Of a stretch of 64,000 nucleotides of DNA, positions 19,657 to 28,956 are shown one piece after another. The notes under the pieces were generated by a model that made no database searches, was not told the origin of the DNA, and saw only the letters and a program-made list of their open reading frames with translations. Position numbers and translations under genes: made by a program. Origin of the DNA: Candidatus Bathyarchaeota archaeon. Lineage in GTDB: Archaea > Thermoproteota > Bathyarchaeia > Bathyarchaeales > Bathycorpusculaceae. Where the stretch lies: NCBI GenBank assembly GCA_963782525.1, contig CAWAKC010000007.1, positions 96,001 to 160,000 of the forward strand, read 5' to 3'. Position 1 is the first letter of the stretch; every line of letters begins with the position of its first letter.

Positions 19657-19971
19657 GTGAACCAAACGTCACAAGAAAAACAAACCGTGGGGAACCTAAC
19701 TCTCAACATTGTTTGGATTTGTGGGGGAACAACAGCCGACATAACTCCAGCGCCCCAAGTGAAGTTTAGCATGGAGCAAGCGTGTGAAAAAATAAAGAAA
19801 CAAAAAATAAAAATCCGTGTGAAAGCGCCCATGCTTGTGATTTTTGAGTTTATGAAGATGGAAGTTAGCCTTTTTGATGGGGGACGCATGCTCATAAAGA
19901 ATGTGACTGATGAGACGCAGGTGCCAAAAGCGTATGTGGAAATCCTCAAAGTGCTCGATGTGCCCATCTAA
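19657..19971 (+). CDS. Small protein resembling the stand-alone C-terminal domain of ThiF/MoeB-type adenylyltransferases
   Basis: ICGGTTADITP...SLFDGGRMLIKNVTD resembles the LCGRNxVQIxP...LFxDGRxxIxGTxD C-terminal module. Start uncertain. Confidence 0.5.
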   Translation: MNQTSQEKQTVGNLTLNIVWICGGTTADITPAPQVKFSMEQACEKIKKQKIKIRVKAPMLVIFEFMKMEVSLFDGGRMLIKNVTDETQVPKAYVEILKVLDVPI

Positions 19972-19980
19972 GTTCGAGCG

Positions 19981-21360
19981 TTAATGGAATATTAGTTTGG
20001 AGCCCTTCTTAACGGCAGAACCAATACCTTCCTGCTTAATCACCCGAATTAGGTTGGAAGCCGCAGACTTCCGAAAACTCCCCTGAAACTCTTTTTGGAT
20101 TTTAACAAGCATGTCATAGTCAAAGTCGGGGGTTTTAACACGGGCAAGGTAGTTGTTCATTTGGTCGTAGAGGTGTTGGCTTATTACTTCGTCGTAGAGT
20201 TTGCTACCGGGACAGGCGATGTAGATGTTGAACATGCAGACGTCAGCTTTCAGGGACTTGGCATACTTGAAGGTTGCTTGCATGTCCTCGACGGTTTCGC
20301 CTGGAATACCAAGCATAAACGATGTGGCTGTTCTAATTCCAATTTGGCGGGTCAGCTCGAAGGTGTTTTTAACTTCTTGAAGGTCGACGTTCTTGCCAAG
20401 TTTCTGCTGGATTCGCTCTGAGCCAGATTCGGTTCCGAAAAAGATAGTTTGGCAACCTGCTGACTTCATGTCAGAGAGCACTGCTCTATTCACTAGGTCA
20501 GCGCGTGTTTCGCAGGTCCATTTGAGGTCAAGCTTGTTTTCCTTGATTTTGCGGCAAAGCTCGATGGTGCGGTTTTTGTTTATGGTGAAATTGTCGCCGA
20601 CAAAGTAGATGCCATTTGTGCCGTAATTTTCTACCATGTTTTTGATTTCGTCAACAACGTGTTGGGTTGAAAAAGCTCGGCAGCTGGTTCCCCAGAGCGC
20701 GCGTGTTTCGCAGTAAGCGCATTGATAGGGGCAGCCGCGGAGTATGCTCATGGTGTCGACGGGTTTAGCGTCGATGTAGGGCAAGACGCGGTCATACATT
20801 TTCATGGGCAACAAATGGCGCGCAGGGATGGGGATTGTGTCTAAGTCACTGATAAACTGCTGCGGCGTCTGGACGGTTTCGCCGTTAATTTTGCATGCAA
20901 CTCCCGGGATGGCAGCGGAAACAGTTTTCGGTTCACCCTTTTGGATGCTGGCTGCAAGCTTAACCATCGCTGCTTCTCCTTCTCCGATAACAACAAAGTC
21001 AACTTCGCCGTGTTGCAGCAGGGTTTCAGGCATGTATGAAGCATGGGGACCGCCGACCACAACCATACAAGATGGACAAGCTTCTTTGACGGCTTTAGCC
21101 ATCTCGACACACCGCGAATAAGTCAAACTGCTACAGGTTATGCCCACAATTTCTGGTTGTCGTTTTTTAATTTCTGCTTTAACCGTTTCGATGGGTTGCC
21201 CCAAAAGATAATTATCGTAAATCTCAACTGAGAAACCGCTTTTTTCCAGTGCCGCCGCAACGTAGGCTAAGCCCAATGGAGCAAGTTTTCCCGCCATACC
21301 CCAAGGAGACCTCTCGGGCAGCATGGTGGTCATTAGAAGTATCAAGTGTGTTTTCTCCAT
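19981..21360 (-). CDS. Cobalamin-binding radical SAM protein (class B), 'LLMTT' subtype
   Basis: PLGLAYVAA, VGIT, GGPHAS, GEGE, RGCPYQCAYC, F.GTESGS and F.LG.PGET motifs. Confidence 0.92.
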   Translation of the reverse strand: MEKTHLILLMTTMLPERSPWGMAGKLAPLGLAYVAAALEKSGFSVEIYDNYLLGQPIETVKAEIKKRQPEIVGITCSSLTYSRCVEMAKAVKEACPSCMVVVGGPHASYMPETLLQHGEVDFVVIGEGEAAMVKLAASIQKGEPKTVSAAIPGVACKINGETVQTPQQFISDLDTIPIPARHLLPMKMYDRVLPYIDAKPVDTMSILRGCPYQCAYCETRALWGTSCRAFSTQHVVDEIKNMVENYGTNGIYFVGDNFTINKNRTIELCRKIKENKLDLKWTCETRADLVNRAVLSDMKSAGCQTIFFGTESGSERIQQKLGKNVDLQEVKNTFELTRQIGIRTATSFMLGIPGETVEDMQATFKYAKSLKADVCMFNIYIACPGSKLYDEVISQHLYDQMNNYLARVKTPDFDYDMLVKIQKEFQGSFRKSAASNLIRVIKQEGIGSAVKKGSKLIFH

Positions 21361-21366
21361 GGAGGG

Positions 21367-22779
21367 TTACTTGATGGGGCTGGTTAGTTTAGCCATAAGT
21401 GCTCTTCGGAAGTGTGCCATTATCAGTCGCGTCGCGCCCAAACCCCACATCTTGCCTTTTTTGAACATGCCGATTGCGCTGATGAAGTATCTTGGGCTGA
21501 GGTAGAAGCTTTGGAATGCCTGTTCACGTATCTGTACCAGTTCCTGCATGGTCATGTTTGGGATTTCGAAGGTTGGGGTGGCGGTGTCGTACCTGTCGAA
21601 GTCAGTTATTTTCAGTGACCCGTTGGCGTTAACTTCTTCGTACATGGGTGTTCCCGGATAAGGTGTGGCGATGTAGAAGCCAACGTCGTTAGGGTTAAGT
21701 TCCTTGACGAAGCGGATTGTTTCCCAAGCGCTCTCTTTGGTTTCGCCGGGGAAACCTAAGATGACGCCTGCAACGGTCATTAGTCCTGCTTCTTTTGCCC
21801 ATTTGAAGGCGCGTCTTGTTTGTGTAAGCGAGAAGCCTTTGCCCATGCTCGTTAACTGTTTCAAAGAGCCTGATTCCACTCCAAACCAAACCGCGATGCA
21901 TCCAGCTTCACGCATCTTGACGAGGAGTTCTTTGCTAACCATGTCAACGCGGGTTTCGCAGTCCCATTTGATTTTGAGTCCCCTGCGGTGGATTTCATCG
22001 CAGATTTCAGCGGTCCTCGCTTGGTCCACGGTGAAGGCGTCGTCGTAGAAAGTGAATTGGTTGGCTTTGTAGTTTTTGTGGAGGTATTCGAGTTCGTCGA
22101 CGACATTTTTGGGTGTACGCATACGATATTTTCTGCCGAACATTCGGACTGCAGTGCAGAAATTACACCAGAACACGCAGCCTCTGCTGGTCATAACTGG
22201 GTAGGGTATGGTTCCGTATTTTCGCAGTTCGCCCAGTTTTTCCCATAGGTGAAGGGCGGGGAATGGTAGGCTGTCGAGGTTTTCTAGGAAAGGTCGGTCG
22301 GCGTTTTTGACTATTTCATTACCTTTCCTGCATGTTGTGCCTGGAAGGTCAAAGAGAGGCTGGTTGTTTTCGACTCTTTGAGCGAGTTCCAACATGGTTT
22401 CTTCGCCCTCTCTTCTAATGATTACGTCTAAGGAAGGCGCTTCTTGCAATGCCTTGTCATCCCAGAACGTAACGTGTGGACCGCCAACAGCAGTTACGCA
22501 GTTGGGCAGGGCTTCTTTCGCTGATTTTACGATTTTTAGTGCAGATTTGTAGGTTAAGGTCGTGCATGTGACGCCAACGATGTCTGGTTTGTACTTGGCG
22601 ATTACTTCTTTGAACTGGTCATGACTGATTTTTTGTGCCTGACAGTCAATAACTTTAACTTCAAAATGATTCTTTTCTAACACCGCACCCAGGTATCCTA
22701 TGCCTAAGGGCATGAAGGGTGGATGCTGATGGGAACCGGCAGGGTAAGGTGGATTCACTAGGGTAATGTGAGTTTTCAT
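21367..22779 (-). CDS. Cobalamin-binding radical SAM protein (class B)
   Basis: LVNPP, PLGIGYL, GGPHVT, TSRGCVFWCNFC, FYDDAFT, FGVESGS and ATPYPGT motifs. Confidence 0.93.
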   Translation of the reverse strand: MKTHITLVNPPYPAGSHQHPPFMPLGIGYLGAVLEKNHFEVKVIDCQAQKISHDQFKEVIAKYKPDIVGVTCTTLTYKSALKIVKSAKEALPNCVTAVGGPHVTFWDDKALQEAPSLDVIIRREGEETMLELAQRVENNQPLFDLPGTTCRKGNEIVKNADRPFLENLDSLPFPALHLWEKLGELRKYGTIPYPVMTSRGCVFWCNFCTAVRMFGRKYRMRTPKNVVDELEYLHKNYKANQFTFYDDAFTVDQARTAEICDEIHRRGLKIKWDCETRVDMVSKELLVKMREAGCIAVWFGVESGSLKQLTSMGKGFSLTQTRRAFKWAKEAGLMTVAGVILGFPGETKESAWETIRFVKELNPNDVGFYIATPYPGTPMYEEVNANGSLKITDFDRYDTATPTFEIPNMTMQELVQIREQAFQSFYLSPRYFISAIGMFKKGKMWGLGATRLIMAHFRRALMAKLTSPIK

Positions 22780-22897
22780 GTTTTTCCCCGAAACACGTAG
22801 AGGTTATGCCTTGGGGTTCATTTACTTTATGCAAAACTGTTTATTTTTTATGCAACATCGTATTTTTCAGATTTGACACAAAAAAATAAATTGATAT

Positions 22898-23614
22898 TTA
22901 CTTTGTAGGATGTTTTGGCTTAAGATAACATTCTTTAATTTCCATGTAAAGCCATTTCCGCTTCCAATTCTTTGATTTTTCATCTTTCTTTTTGGCTTTG
23001 AACCTGCCAATTTCGATGGATTCTTTGAAAAGCGGCGCTTCCACTACTGTGCTGTGGTAGCCTTGCCCGTCTTCGCTGGATACGTCTATGCCTTTTGCGT
23101 CTGCTAACGCTTTGAGTTCTTTGATAGATTCTGGGTCGATTTTTCGTCCCAGCCATTCTTCACCAAAAAAGTTCGTGTTGATACAGTTTAGCATGGGTCT
23201 TAAGCCGCCATCGATGACTTCTTTGAGGACGCTATAGGTGTCGCCGTCGGCGCTTACATTAGGCATAAGAAATTCAAGGTCCAGCTGTTTTGCCATGCTC
23301 TCGTAGTAGCTTGAATGAACAAGGGCGCAGCCGGCTCCAGCTATGTCACCAGTAACGATGCCCTCGATGCCCTGCTCCTGCTTGAGTTTGGTTAGGGCGC
23401 CCAAGATGTCTTCGTAGGCTTTTTTGATTCGGACAACTTTGAGGGGAGTACCTAAGGTTTTGGATTGGAGCTGCATGACGTCGAAGCTGTGGAAAATGTA
23501 GGGTCTTTGATATTCGAAGCTAAGAAGACAAGCAACTTGATGACCCTGAGCGATGACTTTGTGGTAGGCTAAACAGCATTCTTTACCCCCGCTCCAATGA
23601 ACGACAAGTTTCAT
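22898..23614 (-). CDS. Diphthine-ammonia ligase (Dph6/MJ0570)-like PP-loop ATP pyrophosphatase, paralog 2
   Basis: WSGGKECC, IVTGDI, WLGR and GIDVSSEDGQGYHSTVVEAPLF motifs. Confidence 0.8.
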   Translation of the reverse strand: MKLVVHWSGGKECCLAYHKVIAQGHQVACLLSFEYQRPYIFHSFDVMQLQSKTLGTPLKVVRIKKAYEDILGALTKLKQEQGIEGIVTGDIAGAGCALVHSSYYESMAKQLDLEFLMPNVSADGDTYSVLKEVIDGGLRPMLNCINTNFFGEEWLGRKIDPESIKELKALADAKGIDVSSEDGQGYHSTVVEAPLFKESIEIGRFKAKKKDEKSKNWKRKWLYMEIKECYLKPKHPTK

Positions 23615-23707
23615 TCTAAACCCTCTCTTTGGAAAATAGGCAAATGAAGTTGCTATAAACCTTTTGTTAACTTGCCGATTTCACCAAAAAGGCCCTTGAC
23701 CAATTGT

Positions 23708-24199
23708 CTAAGCATAGTAAGTTCGTGCCGAAAACAATTTAAAGTTGTTAGAAAGTTGCCTTTTTCCTAAACCGCAAGGCTTCCAACAAAAAAGCGCCGC
23801 AGAAACAATCGTCACCAAAGCTAAAAACCAGAATGATTCCTGAATGGGTGCGCCAACCAACAGATGAGGAATCAATACAGCGATTTCCCCGATCAAGACA
23901 CTGACAAAGATGAAGCCGAACACTGCAAAGCTGGGAATCAGAGTTTTCCCAAACCAAACGTACCCTTTCACACCCATCTTTTCCTTGACAACGTAGTTAC
24001 CGTAGGAGTCTTTGACGACCAAGCCGAGATCAGTGAGTTTTTGGAGGTTCCGGTAGGCAACACTTGGGCTGCTCAGGTTTGCGCCGCGCATCACATCTCT
24101 GGGGCCAGCTGGTTTTCCAAGTTTGACTAGGTACAGATAAGTTTGAAATGTCGTTGCGTTGAGTTCTTCCTCAGGCTCCAAGCCAACACCCGACTGCAT
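23708..24199 (-). CDS. Membrane-tethered winged-helix transcription regulator; probable 1-nt frameshift near the 3' end
   Basis: YLYLVK.GKP.GPRDV.R..NLSSPSVAYRNL.KL..LGLV HTH followed by two TM helices. One extra T in the T6 run (about 23788-23793) restores ...AALFLLEALRFRKKATF* ending at 23748. Confidence 0.7.
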   Translation of the reverse strand: MQSGVGLEPEEELNATTFQTYLYLVKLGKPAGPRDVMRGANLSSPSVAYRNLQKLTDLGLVVKDSYGNYVVKEKMGVKGYVWFGKTLIPSFAVFGFIFVSVLIGEIAVLIPHLLVGAPIQESFWFLALVTIVSAALFCWKPCGLGKRQLSNNFKLFSARTYYA

Positions 24200-24384
24200 C
24201 TTAGCATGTTTGCCCTTAAAAACCAAACGCAACCTTTAGCAGTTAATAGGGTAAACATTAGGCGAGCAAAAATCATTAAAAATATGTAGATTGGACATCG
24301 ATCTTTTCCCAAGTTATTCAATCGTCATGTTTACCGTAATCGATATTAACTGTTTACCTAAATTATTTCGAAAGTGGGGTAACA

Positions 24385-25386
24385 TTGGAACTGAATCTCC
24401 TAACTATAGGAACCACTGTTGTAATGTTGGTTTTAGCTATCTTGTTAGATTTGGTGCTTGGCGACCCCTCACCCAACAACCCCGACAGATGGGTTTTCAA
24501 GCTGCATCCCACCGTGCTTATGGGCAATTTTACAAAAAAAATCGAACCCTACTTCAAAAATCCAGAAGCAAAAACCGAAAAGTTCTTGGGTGTTCTTTTG
24601 GGTTTAACGGTGATTGCTACGTTCACGGTACCCACTTTCTTGGGGCTTTGGGCAATCCTCATTTTCCTGCCCTTCTTCTTCAACGTCCTCTTCTACGCAG
24701 TCATAGGCATCATCCTGCTCAAAATGACGATATGCATTAAACTCGAAACTGATTGGGCAAAAGCCGCTGCCAAAGCCATAGACGAAGCCGACTTGCCTGA
24801 AGCAAAAAAATATAGCCATTTCTCAAGGCGAGAATCCAAAGACCTAAACGGCGCCCAAATGGGCAGCGCAGTCATCGAATCCATGTCTGAGAACCTGATC
24901 GACTTTAAACTCTCACCAATGATGTCTTTCGCATTGTTTGGGGTTACTGGTGCGATTGCTTTTCGAGCAATTAACACTCTTGACGGTATGGTAGGCTTCA
25001 AAACTAAAGAGCACATTAACACGGGGTGGTTTAGTGCTAACATCGACAACTTTGTAAACTATATTCCAACTCGATTGACGGCTTTGCTCATGATTGTTGC
25101 CGCAGCAATCTTACGAATGGATGCTGGAAACGCATGGAGAATGGCGCGGCGTGACCACAAAAAAACTCCTAGCCGCAATCACGGTTGGCCTATGGCAGCC
25201 GTCGCCGGGGCTTTGCGAATTCAGCTGGAAAAACCTGGGCAGTATATCCTTGGCGATGCTCAGGAACATTTGACGGGGGACAAGATTTTGGGAGCGCTTC
25301 GAATTAGGGATGTTACAATTGTTTTGTGGGGATTCTTGTGCGTGGCTGTCATTGTTGTTGTGAGGTTATTTTTCTTGCCCGTTTAG
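24385..25386 (+). CDS. cbiB: Adenosylcobinamide-phosphate synthase CbiB
   Basis: LDLVLGDP, HP..LMG, IESMSEN..D, FRAINTLDGMVG, NYIPTRL, PS.N.GWPMAA.AGAL...LEKPG.Y motifs. Confidence 0.92.
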   Translation: MELNLLTIGTTVVMLVLAILLDLVLGDPSPNNPDRWVFKLHPTVLMGNFTKKIEPYFKNPEAKTEKFLGVLLGLTVIATFTVPTFLGLWAILIFLPFFFNVLFYAVIGIILLKMTICIKLETDWAKAAAKAIDEADLPEAKKYSHFSRRESKDLNGAQMGSAVIESMSENLIDFKLSPMMSFALFGVTGAIAFRAINTLDGMVGFKTKEHINTGWFSANIDNFVNYIPTRLTALLMIVAAAILRMDAGNAWRMARRDHKKTPSRNHGWPMAAVAGALRIQLEKPGQYILGDAQEHLTGDKILGALRIRDVTIVLWGFLCVAVIVVVRLFFLPV

Positions 25387-25448
25387 TTTATAGATTAATT
25401 GGATTGGTTTAACAAGTTTATTATATTTCCGCTTCTACCTATTTAATC

Positions 25449-25709
25449 ATGAATTCTGCCTTTTACAAGTCTCTAATTATTGTTAAGGTATTTAGTCAAG
25501 TCTTGTTTTTGTTTGGATTGCTAGCGTGGCTTGACGGTGTAGTCATACAGCTCACTCATCCCGAGTGGCTGCCGTTGTCAGTGTCGCATCTTTTGCCCTG
25601 GATAAGAACCGACACCTTCACAATCTTAATGTTCATTGTAAGTGCGGTTGGGTTTTTTGTTTGGAGAGTAATCGCCGAACTAATCGAAGCGGACAAGAAA
25701 ACAACTTAA
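25449..25709 (+). CDS. Small two-TM membrane protein
   Basis: 86 aa with two hydrophobic helices. Own TATA (TTTATTATA) about 25 nt upstream, leaderless. Confidence 0.65.
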   Translation: MNSAFYKSLIIVKVFSQVLFLFGLLAWLDGVVIQLTHPEWLPLSVSHLLPWIRTDTFTILMFIVSAVGFFVWRVIAELIEADKKTT

Positions 25710-27256
25710 GGCTTAGAATAAACTACTTTTCCATCTACTATGGTCAGGTCCACGGGTATGTCTTTAATTTTTTCGGTTGGAACACCCAGTGGATCGGCTG
25801 CTAGAATGGTAAGGTCAACGAGTTTGCCCTCTTCAATTGAGCCCTTAATTTTTTCTTCGCCCGAACAGTAAGCGGCGTCGAGCGTGTACATGCGCAAAGC
25901 TTCCTCAACTGTTAAACGCTGCTCAGGATAACTTTCCCTCAATACGGCTTCTTGCATTCCCAGCAACGGGTTCAGGGGTTCCATGGGGCAATCGGAGCCG
26001 CCCGCAACATGGACACCTTCGTTTAGCAGGGTTTTGAGGGGATGCAGCCACTTTGCACGTTCAAAGCCTAAATGCTCAGTAGCTGACCATGTTGCGAATT
26101 CTGTGGGAACCATTTTAGGCTGGACTGAAACGACGATATCCTGCGCTCCAAGGCGCTTAACTAGACATCTGTTGAGGACTGCTGCCTGCTCGATGCGGAA
26201 CCTGACCTTTTTGGCAGAATGCTCAATTACGGTCAGTGCCGTATCAACTGCCTTATCGCCCATCGCGTGGATAACAGGCTGTAGACCCAATGCTACAACC
26301 TCTGCCACCCAAACAGCCAATTCATTCTGGTTGAGCAACATTTTGCCTTTGTTGTTTTGGTCGTCGCTGTAGGGATCTGTGAGTGCAGCAGTTTTGGAAT
26401 CTAAATAACCGTCAACAAAGATTATGACGCTTCCCAAACGCAGTCGCAGAGGATCATTCGACGTAAACCCGCTTGCATTTTTTAAGAATTCATATGGTAC
26501 TATCACGTTAACTCTGACTGGAAGCTTACCTTGTTTGTGGAGTGTCTGGATTAGGGAAAGCTCGTTTTCGGAGAGAATTATCCAGTCGATACTTGTAATT
26601 CCCGCTTGCACAACCTGTTGGCACGCCAACGCCGCTGCATCCGCAAGTTCCTCAGCGGTTGGCTCTACAACTGCCTGCCAAACCAAGTTGGTGGCACTGC
26701 CTCGAAAAATCCCCGTCAACTCACCCGTCTCAGATTCGTCGATGGATCCGCCTGATAAAACTAGTGTTTGCTTTGTTATGCGAGCGACTGCTAAGGCTTT
26801 GGTGTTTGCAGCACACGTGTACGCAGCTCCATGATAGAGGATTATGGGGTTTTCTGGTGCAGCCTCATCAAGGTCGCCGAGGGTTAGGAGGCGTTTTTCT
26901 TTAAAGTTTTTTTCGTTCCAGCCGCGTCCAACTATCCATTTCCCAGCAGGCGTCTGCTTCACCTTCTGCTTGAGGAGTGTTTGTACGTCCCCGATTGATT
27001 GAACACTGGAGAGGTCAAGCCACATTAAGCACCTGCCAAAATCAGCTACATGAATATGAGTGTCGATTAAACCTGGAACCACTGTTTTGCCCCCGAGGTT
27101 AACCACTTTGGTGCTCTTTCCAATCAGCTGATTTATTTCTTGATTTAAACCCACTTTGACGATCCTGTTTTTTTTGATAGCCACGGCTTGAGCAACAGGT
27201 TGGCGCAGATTCATGGTTCGAATGTTCCCGTTAAGTAGGACTAAATCAGCTGGCAA
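25706..27256 (-). CDS. Amidohydrolase family 3 (YtcJ-like)
   Basis: PGLIDTHIH, HAMGD, GSDCP, EALRMYT..AAY and GSIE.GK.VD motifs. Confidence 0.9.
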   Translation of the reverse strand: MPADLVLLNGNIRTMNLRQPVAQAVAIKKNRIVKVGLNQEINQLIGKSTKVVNLGGKTVVPGLIDTHIHVADFGRCLMWLDLSSVQSIGDVQTLLKQKVKQTPAGKWIVGRGWNEKNFKEKRLLTLGDLDEAAPENPIILYHGAAYTCAANTKALAVARITKQTLVLSGGSIDESETGELTGIFRGSATNLVWQAVVEPTAEELADAAALACQQVVQAGITSIDWIILSENELSLIQTLHKQGKLPVRVNVIVPYEFLKNASGFTSNDPLRLRLGSVIIFVDGYLDSKTAALTDPYSDDQNNKGKMLLNQNELAVWVAEVVALGLQPVIHAMGDKAVDTALTVIEHSAKKVRFRIEQAAVLNRCLVKRLGAQDIVVSVQPKMVPTEFATWSATEHLGFERAKWLHPLKTLLNEGVHVAGGSDCPMEPLNPLLGMQEAVLRESYPEQRLTVEEALRMYTLDAAYCSGEEKIKGSIEEGKLVDLTILAADPLGVPTEKIKDIPVDLTIVDGKVVYSKP

Positions 27257-27421
27257 TTTTCAGTTTCCCGAGATAATATTCGTAACAAATCGCTATTAAT
27301 GCTTACGTTAACCCCTGTATCCTAATGGAAAAAATTGACACCGCTGATTTTTACAAAATTTATAAATCCTGCATTCGGATAGAAACCTTCGTATCAACCA
27401 AAGTCCTGTGTGAAAGCAACC

Positions 27422-28873
27422 ATGCGTGTTTGTTTGATTAATCCCCCACGTATTCAACCCAGGTTATGGGGTAAGCCGAGTATACTTCAACCCCTAGATA
27501 TAGCGTATGTCGCGGCTGTCTTGGAAAAAGACCATGAAGTACACGTCATCGATGCTGCAAACGAAGGCTGGAAAACTCTTCAAGACGTGGATGGAAACAA
27601 GTATCGGCAGGGACTAAAGAACGAAGAGATAGCTGCAAGACTCAAACATTGGGCGCCTGATGTTGTGCAGATTACGATTCCTTTTTCGGGCTGGTGGAAA
27701 CCAGCTTACGAGATGGCGGAAATAGCTAAAAATACAGACAAAGACACCGTCACCGTTTTGAGTGGGTTGCATCCTTCTGCCCGACCCGTCGATTGTCTTT
27801 CGCATCCAAACATAGATTACGTTATAGTTGGTGAGCCAGAATACACTGCAAAAGAACTCGTAAGCGTGTTAGGACAGGAAAAAGAGATTAACCTCAAAAA
27901 GGTCTTGGGTATCGGTTACATGAAAGATGGGCAACCAGTAATCACTCCTCCAAGACCACCCATCGAAGACTTGGATACCCTGCCATTCCCGGCAAGGCAC
28001 CTGTTGCCCATGGAAGAATACTTCGCAGCCGTAAAAGAGAACCCGCTCAGGGGCGAAATTGGCCATCATTGGACAACAATGATTACGAGCAGAGGTTGCC
28101 CCTATAACTGTGTCTTCTGTTCAGTCCATACGCTCATGGGTAAACAGTGGAGAGGCAGAAGCCCAGAAAACGTAATCGCTGAAATAAAACATCTCGTCGA
28201 CACATATAGCATAAAGCAGATTGACTTCAGCGACGAAAACATCTGTTTAGACAGGAAAAGAATGGAATGCATCTGTGACTTAATCATCCAAAACAAGTTT
28301 GACATCGAATGGTTCACTCCAAACGGAGTGAGGGCAGACACATTAAGCGAGACACTCCTAGAGAAAATGAAAGCATCTGGCTGCAAAAAGATTCGTCTTG
28401 CACCTGAGTCGGGGGTTCAACGAGTTGTGGACACAATCATCAAAAAGAACCTCAACCTAAGCGATGTGGAGCAAGCTATTGTTTGGGCTAAGAAAGCAGG
28501 AATCAAAGTGGGCATCTTCTTCGTAATAGGACTCATAGGGGAAACCAAAGAAGAAATCGAACAAACCATAAAGTACGCTTACAAACTTCGCGGGTTGGGC
28601 GCAGAGGGCTTTCACTTCAGCATAGCCATGCCAGTGTATGGAACAGAACTCTATGAGCAAGCGGTAAAAGGCGGATATTTAAGGGAGTGTTTCAGCGACG
28701 AAGCTTTAGCTGCTTCTGAACCCTTAATTGAAACAGAAGACTTCAACGCCGAAGAATTAATCGATTTATGCAAAAAAGCAAATCAAATCAACTCAGCTTT
28801 GACGCTGAAAAAAATCTTGAACGCTGCCAAACACCCTAAAAAAGTAATACGATTTATACAAGGTACAATCTAA
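27422..28873 (+). CDS. Cobalamin-binding radical SAM protein (class B)
   Basis: LINPP, PLDIAYVAA, SGLHPS, GEPE, TSRGCPYNCVFC, FSDEN and APESG motifs. Confidence 0.92.
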   Translation: MRVCLINPPRIQPRLWGKPSILQPLDIAYVAAVLEKDHEVHVIDAANEGWKTLQDVDGNKYRQGLKNEEIAARLKHWAPDVVQITIPFSGWWKPAYEMAEIAKNTDKDTVTVLSGLHPSARPVDCLSHPNIDYVIVGEPEYTAKELVSVLGQEKEINLKKVLGIGYMKDGQPVITPPRPPIEDLDTLPFPARHLLPMEEYFAAVKENPLRGEIGHHWTTMITSRGCPYNCVFCSVHTLMGKQWRGRSPENVIAEIKHLVDTYSIKQIDFSDENICLDRKRMECICDLIIQNKFDIEWFTPNGVRADTLSETLLEKMKASGCKKIRLAPESGVQRVVDTIIKKNLNLSDVEQAIVWAKKAGIKVGIFFVIGLIGETKEEIEQTIKYAYKLRGLGAEGFHFSIAMPVYGTELYEQAVKGGYLRECFSDEALAASEPLIETEDFNAEELIDLCKKANQINSALTLKKILNAAKHPKKVIRFIQGTI

Positions 28874-28956
28874 TCGGGTAAACACGCTTTTGCTTTAGTC
28901 TCAAATCTATTATGAAAAAAGAAGACAAAAAAGGGAGAGATTTTGGATTAATCTCT

